In this document: piece by piece, positions 1 to 7,561 of the stretch | How the letters are laid out: each line of letters begins with the position of its first letter | How positions within the stretch are numbered: position 1 is the first letter of the stretch | NCBI GenBank assembly: GCA_965218095.1 | Contig: OZ244587.1 | Location: forward strand, 1,568,001 to 1,632,000 | Source: Candidatus Poribacteria bacterium | Lineage (GTDB): Bacteria; Poribacteria; WGA-4E; PCPOR2b | Direction: 5' to 3' | Length of the DNA: 64,000 bases | The notes under the pieces: model-generated | Told to the model about the DNA's origin: nothing | The model's input: only the letters and a program-made list of their open reading frames with translations | Database searches by the model: none | Translations under genes and position numbers: made by a program

Positions 1-2137
1 GTGCTTGGGTGAGCCAGCCCTCTACATCGGCAGGAGTGATCATCGCCAGTGCCTGTGGATGCGCCGAAGGTGCGGCTGCCGCGTTGCCTATTGCGCCGGC
101 AACCTGAACCAAGTCTGCAATATCCACAACGCCATCCCGGTTGACATCCGCCTCATTTTGTCCCGTCTGTCCCAAACGCAATGCAACCAGGGCTAAATCC
201 AAGATGTTCACCGCCCCATTCCTGTTGACATCCTCAGCAAGTGTCGGCGGTTTTTCCCCGGTGTCCGGTGGCGGTGCAATATCCCACAGAAGCACCGTGC
301 CGTCCACACTCCCACTTGCGAGGGTTCTGCCATCGGAGCTGAAAGCAACGCTATTGACCCTAGACGTATGTCCGGTAAGGGTTTTGATGTGCTTGCCCGT
401 GCCAACATCCCACAAGCCAATCGTATTATCCCACCCCCCACCTGCGAGGGTCTTGCCATCGCGACTGAAAGCAACGCTTTCAATAACGCTTTCGACGCCA
501 TACTGACTCCCGTGGATGGTTCTCACTTCCTCACCGGTGGTAACATCCCACAGGCGAATGGTATTGTCCCACCCCCCACTTGCGAGGGTCTTGCCATCGC
601 GACTGAAAGTAACGCTGAGGACATGACCTCTATGGCCGAAGAGGGGTTTCAGGACATCCCCGGTGGCAACATCCCACAGGACAACGGCAGAGTCTCGCCC
701 CCCGCTTGCGAGGATCTTTCCATTGGGGCTGAAAGCGACATTCTCGACGCCAGCACCGTGTCCGTAGAGGGTTCCCAGGCGTGCCCCGGTGGCGACATCC
801 CACAAGCGGATGGTATCGTCCTCACTTCCACTCGCCAACCTGCTGCCATCGGGACTGAAAGCAATGGTTATCAGATAAGCGCTATGCGCGACGAGGGTTT
901 TCAGGTGCGCCCCGGTGTCAGCATTCCACAGGCGAACGGTATTGTCCTGACTTCCACTAGCGATTGTGCCCCCATCCGGGCTGAAAACAACGATGTCCAC
1001 ATCATCCGTGTGCCCGACGAGGACGTGCTGGAGTTGTCCTGTTTCGGTATTCCACACGCGGATGGTTTGGTCCCAGCTCCTACCGATGAGCGGGCGGTCA
1101 TCCGGACTGAAAGCAACGCTCAGGACACCACTCTCATGCCCAGTAATGGTTTCGATGGGCTCACCCGTATCAACATCCCACAGGCGGACAGTCGCATCCC
1201 CCCCCCCACTTGCGAGTGTGCGGCTATCCCGACTAAACGCAACTCTGTAGACATCAGCCGTATGTCCGGTAAGGGTTTTGACGGGCTCGCCCGTGACAGC
1301 ATCCCACAAGCGGATGGTATCGTCCTCACTCGCACTCGCCAGCGTGCGGCCATCCGGAGAAAAAGCGAGTTTGTAGACAATGGAGGTATGCCCGGTAAGG
1401 GTTTCGATGGGCTCGCCGGTGTCAACATCCCACAGACGGATGGCCGCGTCGTAATCTCCACTGGCGAGCGTGCCTCCCCGACTGAAAGCAACCGTCCGGA
1501 CAAGAGACGTATGCCCGGTAAGAGTTTTGATGGGCTCGCCGGTGTCAACATCCCACAGACGGACGGTTTGGTCCCAACTCCCACTGGCGAGCGTACCCCC
1601 ATCCGAGCTGAAAGCAACGCTAGTGACCCAATCCGCATGTCCGGTAAGAGTTTTGATGGGCTCGCCCGTGGTAGCATCCCACAGGCGAACTGTCGCGTCG
1701 TAACTCCCGCTGGCAAGCATGCCCCCATCCGAGCTGAAAGCAACGCTCCGGACACCACTCTCATGCCCGGTAAGGGTTTTGATAGTCTCGCCCGTTGTAA
1801 CATCCCACAAGCGAACAGTATCGTCCCAACTCCCACTGGCAAGTGTACCCCCATCCGGGGAATACGCCATAGCAGAAATCGTTTCCGTATGCCCAGTGAG
1901 CAAGTCAACCTCTTGAAGGGTCGCCGCATCATAGAGCCAAATACCGATGGAACTGGCGACCGCGAGCCGAGTGCCGTCCGGAGGCGAATACTGAAGCCCA
2001 GATATCCACCCTTTACCAAATCGCGCAGTGGCACCTTCGGGTAACTGCCACTGAGGGTTATCTTGGGCAAAGCTGTTTGATAGAAATAGAGCAGAGACTA
2101 ACAATAGGGTAAAGGTAAAAAACATCCTCTTTTTCAT
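1..2137 (-). CDS. Secreted WD40-repeat protein with C-terminal dockerin-like domain (runs off the left edge; absent from the ORF track)
   Basis: Manual translation from ATG 2137: MKKRMFFTFTLLLVSALFLSNSFAQDNPQWQLPEGATARFGKG (signal peptide), then many GH..V.SVAFSPDG.TLASG..D.TIRLWD repeats, then dockerin pair EDVNRNGAVNILDL / ADVNRDGVVDIADL near 100-235. Confidence 0.9.
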   Translation of the reverse strand, partial: MKKRMFFTFTLLLVSALFLSNSFAQDNPQWQLPEGATARFGKGWISGLQYSPPDGTRLAVASSIGIWLYDAATLQEVDLLTGHTETISAMAYSPDGGTLASGSWDDTVRLWDVTTGETIKTLTGHESGVRSVAFSSDGGMLASGSYDATVRLWDATTGEPIKTLTGHADWVTSVAFSSDGGTLASGSWDQTVRLWDVDTGEPIKTLTGHTSLVRTVAFSRGGTLASGDYDAAIRLWDVDTGEPIETLTGHTSIVYKLAFSPDGRTLASASEDDTIRLWDAVTGEPVKTLTGHTADVYRVAFSRDSRTLASGGGDATVRLWDVDTGEPIETITGHESGVLSVAFSPDDRPLIGRSWDQTIRVWNTETGQLQHVLVGHTDDVDIVVFSPDGGTIASGSQDNTVRLWNADTGAHLKTLVAHSAYLITIAFSPDGSRLASGSEDDTIRLWDVATGARLGTLYGHGAGVENVAFSPNGKILASGGRDSAVVLWDVATGDVLKPLFGHRGHVLSVTFSRDGKTLASGGWDNTIRLWDVTTGEEVRTIHGSQYGVESVIESVAFSRDGKTLAGGGWDNTIGLWDVGTGKHIKTLTGHTSRVNSVAFSSDGRTLASGSVDGTVLLWDIAPPPDTGEKPPTLAEDVNRNGAVNILDLALVALRLGQTGQNEADVNRDGVVDIADLVQVAGAIGNAAAAPSAHPQALAMITPADVEGWLTQA

Positions 2138-2192
2138 TGAGATTCATTCTCCGTTTTGAGTCGTTGGTTCTGAGGTATATTCTTAGGAGTCA

Positions 2193-2236
2193 GAGCAGGG
2201 AAGGAAGCAGCGCACCCGCTCCCCTGCTCGCTTTTT
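2193..2236. terminator. GC-rich hairpin between the DUF5069-like gene and the WD40 gene; possible intrinsic terminator
   Basis: gagcaggg...ccctgctc inverted repeat, followed by a T run on the + strand. Confidence 0.35.
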
Positions 2237-2242
2237 CGATAC

Positions 2243-2488
2243 TTATCGATTGAGTGTTTTCATCGCGGCAATCATGTCGTCGTCTGACGGGTTGCTTTTC
2301 ACCATCTCAACAAACTCGTCAGCGTCTAGCTTGTGTTCCTCCAGGAACTTTTTGTCCTGCGGTCACGGGTAGATGTATTCACCGATAGTACCGTTCAACT
2401 TGGCGCGCGCCTTATCGGTAACCCGCGCCAACCACCAGTACCCTCCAATGAGCATATCCCGATGCCGTGGTTTCCAATCGAGTCCCAT
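2243..2488 (-). CDS. DUF5069-like small protein (81 aa) with in-frame TGA at codon 42; candidate selenoprotein
   Basis: RBS AAAGGAGGTG upstream; MGLDWKPRHRDMLIGGYWWLARVTDKARAKLNGTIGEYIYP[TGA 2365-2363]PQDKKFLEEHKLDADEFVEMVKSNPSDDDMIAAMKTLNR*; matches recalled pattern PR...GGY..L.R..DKARA...GT.GEY.YPCP.D..FL. Confidence 0.8.
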
Positions 2489-2517
2489 TTAATTCACCTC
2501 CTTTATCAGGTATTAAG

Positions 2518-2555
2518 TTCTCTCAGAAAATGGAAAAGCCTGAAAACACTGAATT
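2518..2555. repeat. Partial copy of the MITE end found between secD and secF
   Basis: tctcagaaaatggaaaagcctgaaaacactgaat matches the reverse complement of 17661-17698. Confidence 0.6.
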
Positions 2556-2639
2556 TGTCGAACTGTCAAATGATTCCTTCCCCCCACTTACGATCCGACT
2601 TGCTGAGAAAGCTCAAGACGTTTGTAATGAGACAATTCA

Positions 2640-3200
2640 TCGCTATCTGAGATGCGTAAGGTATGCACTACGGCAAACCAAGAATTTCTTCGGGGCGTTG
2701 AACTTGAGGCAGCAGCATATCGTGAAAGGCGGATGCAGATTTTACTGCATGTCCGCAAGCCGCTGTTGGATTGCCGTCTGTCGTGCGTTCCACAGGTTGA
2801 TCATCGGCTAATCGAACATCACTACAACGTGCATGCCCAAGATTAACGGATTTAAACCTTTCCCGAAAGTGGCAAGGGCTAACACGCTCGCATCTTCGGA
2901 CGTAAACCTATAGTTGCGCAACCGTCTCGCCCACCTCTTAAAGTACCGCATCGGCTGTGCGACTTGTACGCGACTGCGAAAGAGGCGAATGAGTGCAGCA
3001 TAGCGTAGAAAGTGTTCCAAACGTCGCAATAGCTTCTCCGTTTGCGGCACAACAAACAGATCAATGCCTTGAGCATTTGCGCGGCTTAATAAGTCGAATG
3101 CCAGCAACTTCGCATCAGTTTGTCAGTTTTAACAATCCTTGCAAGATGTATTACGCTGTGACTTTATCGAGCAGGCACTGCCTCCGGTGAAACCTCCACT
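2640..3200 (-). pseudogene. Degraded PIN-domain-like toxin gene
   Basis: Fragments CLLDKVTA*YIL..., ORF 2808-3107 with FTSEDASVLALATFG and VVMFD*PMI; several stops and frameshifts; overlaps the end of the upstream small gene. Confidence 0.45.
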
Positions 3201-3543
3201 TCCTCAAGGTCTTCGAGGTCAGTTTCTGTCCATTTCTCCCACAGTTTAGTCTGCTCAGATTCGGGAAGATCAAGATATTCCCCTAATGTCAAACCATCTA
3301 AGAACGGCTCGTCGAGACTGAGCGGTTGGCCCCAATGGCTTGCAAAACCTCCTCTTTCAGAGATTTGACGGTCCCACGAGCGTTTTCTATCGTTCTCTCC
3401 GTTTGGATTACGTCCTTCTGTAACTCCGGCGCCAGCTTGAGCAGTTGCTGTCGATCTTCGGAACTCATCTGTTTAATCAAAGCCGCAATCTGTTTGAGAC
3501 TGACGGGTAAGGCGAATACTGTCTCTGGCTCCCGCCTTATCAT
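3164..3543 (-). pseudogene. Putative antitoxin partner, frameshifted near 3330
   Basis: ORF 3298-3543 continues in another frame after a G run as PLSLDEPFLDGLTLGEYLDLPESEQTKLWEKW...PAR*. Confidence 0.45.
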
Positions 3544-3597
3544 TACAAGGCATTAGGGTAAAACGCCTCCTAAGTACCTAATACCTAACACCTACTT

Positions 3598-6500
3598 TTA
3601 TTGTACACTCGCCTCAAGCTGCTTCAAGGTTTTCTCCAAGAGATCTAGATAGCGTCCATATTCCGTCCAATTTCCCGCCCGTTGCGCCGCTTGGGCTCCG
3701 TCATAATGTTGTCGTGCCTGCTTCACAAGTTGGGAAATTGGCATCTGGTTCAAGAGGAGTGTTTCTCCCTGTTCACCCATCATCGCTGAAATAGTGGGAG
3801 TTTCCTCAGTCTCAAGACCATCTTGTGCTTCTGCTACTGCCAAACGTCTACCGAACATATTAATCAACGCTTCATCAAGACTTGCGCCCCATGCAACGTT
3901 TTCTTTATAACCGACGACAACACGACGCAGTTCAGGAATTGCAGATTCTTCGTTCTCTGCCTGGATGTAGATTGGCTCAACATACAGGATGGAATCATTC
4001 ATCGGGATGATCAGCAAGTTGCCACGCAGTACGCGCGATCCTTGCGTATTCCACAAACTAATCTGCTGGGAAATTTCAGGTTCCTGGGTGATGAAATTTT
4101 CGACCTGCATCGGACCGGGGGCAAGTTTCCCTTTTGCGAAGCCATAAACTAACAGTTGACCATATTGCGGCAAATCACATCTTGCCGCGATCCAAGCCCT
4201 GAGATTTGGCTTATTTTTCGGCGTGAAAGGCAACATCAGTACAAATTCCGCACGTTCCTCTCCCGGAATTTTGACGACTACATAGTAAGGGGCGACCTCT
4301 TGCACATTCGAGATGGTCCCCGGCAAGCTCTGCTGGCGCGGGGCGAATGGGCTGGTGGGTGGCGTTTGAGGACGCAGGCGTTCCGTGTTGTCGTAAAGTT
4401 CCTCGCCGATCTGCCACTGATCTTCGCTTGCGTAGAAAGTAATTGGATCCTTCATGTGATAATCTTGGTACGCCCGTGCCTGTATGAGAAACATTGTGGT
4501 GGGGTATCGGATATGCTTTTTGAGTTCTTCGGGCATCTCGTCGAACGGTTTGAATAGGGCTGGGAAGATACGGCGGTAACACTCGACAATTGGATCCTTT
4601 TCTCGTTCCATCAGGTAGAAATTCACAGTACCATCGTAGGGGTCAATTGTCACCTTGACGGCGTTTCGGATATAATTGCCCCACGGACTTTCACCCCCCA
4701 TGATACGGCCGGCAACACGTCTACCACCACGTTCAGCAATTCTCGCGCGGGTAACGTCTTGCATCGGTGCGGAATAAGGGTAACGTGCAGTCGTTGTGTA
4801 AGCATCAACCATCCAGATGAGCCTACCATTGTAAATAACAAGGTAAGGATCGTCATCGTAGCGCAGGAATGGGGCAATTTTTTCAACACGCTCTTTAATG
4901 TGCCGATGGTAGAGAACACGGCTTGTTGATTTGATTTCGCCCGGCAGGATGAACTTGAGCTCGTTTCTAAATTTCAGCATATACACGAATTTGCGTAAGA
5001 AAGAGGAAAGGCGGACGCCTCCTTTGCCTTGATACGAATATTTGGCGAAATCTTGTCCGAATGTTTCAGGGTAATCAAACTCAAGGCTCACCGGGCGGTC
5101 TGGATGGACAATGACATAATGGTTCGTGCGTTCCCCGTAGTAAATCCGAGGACCTGGATTTTCGTTAAACCGATACGACCATTCGGGCTCGTAGTTAATT
5201 GGATCAATGTCCCGTATGTACATTTTCGGCTTTCCGTCGAGAGCCTCGTTGACCGGACTCATCACCGCCCCATAGCCATGGGTGAAAACGTAAGTTCGCT
5301 TAAACCAATCGTTACGTACCTCACGCGGCAGATCATCGATATTCAGTTCACGCCCAGAAAGCATCACCTGCCGTAGTTCATTGTTTTCCATTGGATAGCG
5401 ATCGATGTCAACGCCAGAAAAATCGTATTGTGAGCGCAACTCCTGGAGTTGGCGGAAAGTACGCCGTAGCGGTCGCTCATCCCATAGCCGAATGCTATTA
5501 ATCACCGGTGCATTTTCCTGCCCCATGATACTCTCATAAGACAACTCTCCTGTCAAGGGATACTGTGTCTCCGTCACGGTGTTGTCCTCTAGATCATAAG
5601 CATGCAGTGTCGCCCTGACGTTATAGTTGATGTATTTCGCCTCAAGTTCCTGCTTGCTGGGCTCAACTTTCAGATTTTGAACAAGACGAGGATAGGCCTG
5701 CCCAATAAAAGCAACAAGCAAAAGAACGACGACGCCCCCAACCGCGAAAGAGATGCGGCGTAAAAAGATGCTGACGAAGAAAATCAGCGCGCATATAACC
5801 GAAAGCCACATTAAAATCATTAATACCGGTAACCGGGCCTGAATTGCTGCATAGCCACCCCCACCACGAACAATATCGTTCATCGTGTAGAGGAGGTCAT
5901 ACATCACAAACCGATAATTCCAGGCGCGAAACAGCAGTATTAACCCGATCAGCACAAATAGGTGTGTCTTAACACGCTGCGGCGGCTCAAAGCGATTGTT
6001 CTCACTGATCAGTAGCCCGTGAAAAAAGTAGATGACAGCCGTAAACAGGGTGATTAGCATGAACAGACCAAATAGATAACCGCAGATTAAGCGTTCCAGG
6101 GGCATTCGAAAGACATAGTAGCTGACGTCCTTATGGAAGATTGGGTCGCGCGCAGCCGCAACCAAAATCGCTTTTTGTGACGCATCGAACTTAAGGCCCT
6201 GGCTCAATTGAATTTTCGCTTGCCCATTCGTGCCAGGGACAATCGATTGAATTTCTGCCGCGTGGCGGTTATCTCCTTCTTCGATTGTGACATCATCACC
6301 TCTTTGAAGTCCTTTGGCATTGAGCTCCAACTGAGAGATGACAATTTCGGTAGTGTCCTGATTTGCTGGTGCAGCGAGCGACGTTGCTGATTGGAAGGAA
6401 AGTCCGCTGGCCTTGGAATAGCGGAGAAAGCGTTCCCAGTAGTTTGTCGCAGTATAACCGCCTAAGAGGCTGCCCCCGACAGCCAAGAGTGTGAGTACAA

Positions 6501-6813
6501 CATAGACCGCCTTCCGGAGGTCAAAATCAAGCACTCCCTCAAGTGGGATTGATTCCATAAGGGTTGGACTCAGTCGAGAGGGGGTGAAACGATGGAGGAG
6601 ATAGAGGTTGGTAAGGGTCACGACAAGCAAGAAACCAGCGACAATAATCCCCAAGCCAATTTGCGTCAATAGAATCTTCTTATAAATCGCGACATAACCG
6701 ACCATATCAAACCAGAGGAGGTCGGGATAGATTTTTACGAGGATCGTTCCCACTCCAATGATTACTGCTAAAAGCACAACAAAAATAATAAGTCGAGTCA
6801 AAGATAGTTGCAT
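3598..6813 (-). CDS. UPF0182 family membrane protein
   Basis: 1071 aa; DLLWF, DPIFHKDVSYYVF, IRLWD.RPL, YTHGYG-like FTHGYG, RIYYGE, APFLRYDDDPY, NYIRNAVK, VLRGNLL, PELRRV. Confidence 0.93.
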   Translation of the reverse strand: MQLSLTRLIIFVVLLAVIIGVGTILVKIYPDLLWFDMVGYVAIYKKILLTQIGLGIIVAGFLLVVTLTNLYLLHRFTPSRLSPTLMESIPLEGVLDFDLRKAVYVVLTLLAVGGSLLGGYTATNYWERFLRYSKASGLSFQSATSLAAPANQDTTEIVISQLELNAKGLQRGDDVTIEEGDNRHAAEIQSIVPGTNGQAKIQLSQGLKFDASQKAILVAAARDPIFHKDVSYYVFRMPLERLICGYLFGLFMLITLFTAVIYFFHGLLISENNRFEPPQRVKTHLFVLIGLILLFRAWNYRFVMYDLLYTMNDIVRGGGGYAAIQARLPVLMILMWLSVICALIFFVSIFLRRISFAVGGVVVLLLVAFIGQAYPRLVQNLKVEPSKQELEAKYINYNVRATLHAYDLEDNTVTETQYPLTGELSYESIMGQENAPVINSIRLWDERPLRRTFRQLQELRSQYDFSGVDIDRYPMENNELRQVMLSGRELNIDDLPREVRNDWFKRTYVFTHGYGAVMSPVNEALDGKPKMYIRDIDPINYEPEWSYRFNENPGPRIYYGERTNHYVIVHPDRPVSLEFDYPETFGQDFAKYSYQGKGGVRLSSFLRKFVYMLKFRNELKFILPGEIKSTSRVLYHRHIKERVEKIAPFLRYDDDPYLVIYNGRLIWMVDAYTTTARYPYSAPMQDVTRARIAERGGRRVAGRIMGGESPWGNYIRNAVKVTIDPYDGTVNFYLMEREKDPIVECYRRIFPALFKPFDEMPEELKKHIRYPTTMFLIQARAYQDYHMKDPITFYASEDQWQIGEELYDNTERLRPQTPPTSPFAPRQQSLPGTISNVQEVAPYYVVVKIPGEERAEFVLMLPFTPKNKPNLRAWIAARCDLPQYGQLLVYGFAKGKLAPGPMQVENFITQEPEISQQISLWNTQGSRVLRGNLLIIPMNDSILYVEPIYIQAENEESAIPELRRVVVGYKENVAWGASLDEALINMFGRRLAVAEAQDGLETEETPTISAMMGEQGETLLLNQMPISQLVKQARQHYDGAQAAQRAGNWTEYGRYLDLLEKTLKQLEASVQ

Positions 6814-6932
6814 TTATTTCCTCTTTTCTTTTTATGAAGGGTACCACATGTTGACAGAATACCCATTCGGAAAACCGCTAAAAACTCAGCGCCGCAACAA
6901 TGCGACAAAACCTACCTGTTGAATCTGAAACC

Positions 6933-6970
6933 GCCACATGACAATGAAACTGCCACATGACAATGAAACT
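6933..6970. repeat. Exact 19-bp tandem duplication
   Basis: gccacatgacaatgaaact x2. Confidence 0.9.
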
Positions 6971-6984
6971 CCATTTAAGGTTGC

Positions 6985-7262
6985 TATCTCGATTTTGAAC
7001 AGTTCCCAGGCTTCTTCCTGGAGATTTTAACCAATATAGACAACGCGAAGAATTTGAGAAACTCTCACTTCCTCACCTAACTCGACAGCGATTCACGTCT
7101 CAAAACGGTATAAGCCTCATTGAGGACAAAATTGGTTGTAATGAATCGCGTCTGTGCTGCGCTGCGATTAAGGACTGATGGATCTGCTGGGCGACATCAA
7201 AATGACGATTGGTATTTCAATGCCACCCAACCTTGCGCGTCAATAAAGGCTCGTTGGTTCAT
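6985..7262 (-). pseudogene. VapC/PIN toxin pseudogene
   Basis: MNQRAFIDAQGWVAL ... RFITTNFVLNEAYTVLRR ... NLQEEAWELFK in shifting frames; truncated. Confidence 0.65.
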
Positions 7263-7538
7263 AAGTGTTTTGTTTGCCTTTCCCATAGAGGTAGTCATCC
7301 AATCACTCGGATAAATCCGCCGGAGCATCGGTTTTGTGCGATTTGATTTGAGAAATGGAATCCTGAAATTTACATCTTCAGCTAACTCTTCCTTGAGCTA
7401 TTGCGCGGCTTCTTCAACATCAACGAAGACAGATTCCTTGGACAGTTGTTTCTCGAAAAACTCAGTTGGTACGATTACATGTGTCCGTTTGCCTGCTGCA
7501 TCAACTACATATTGTGCCTGAAATGGTATGGTTTCCAT
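7245..7538 (-). pseudogene. Antitoxin-like small gene, disrupted
   Basis: RBS AAGGAG; METIPFQAQYVVDAAGKRTHVIVP... internal TAG, frameshift, then DAPADLSE*LDDYLYG, a tail typical of VapC-adjacent antitoxins. Confidence 0.55.
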
Positions 7539-7561
7539 TTTTGTTCTCCTTATTTTGTTAC

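Noticed and set aside
368-2070. Long ORFs 368-2044 (+, 558 aa) and 1120-2070 (-, 316 aa)
   Set aside because: Shadow frames of the repetitive WD40 gene; the true frame has the signal peptide and WD motifs.
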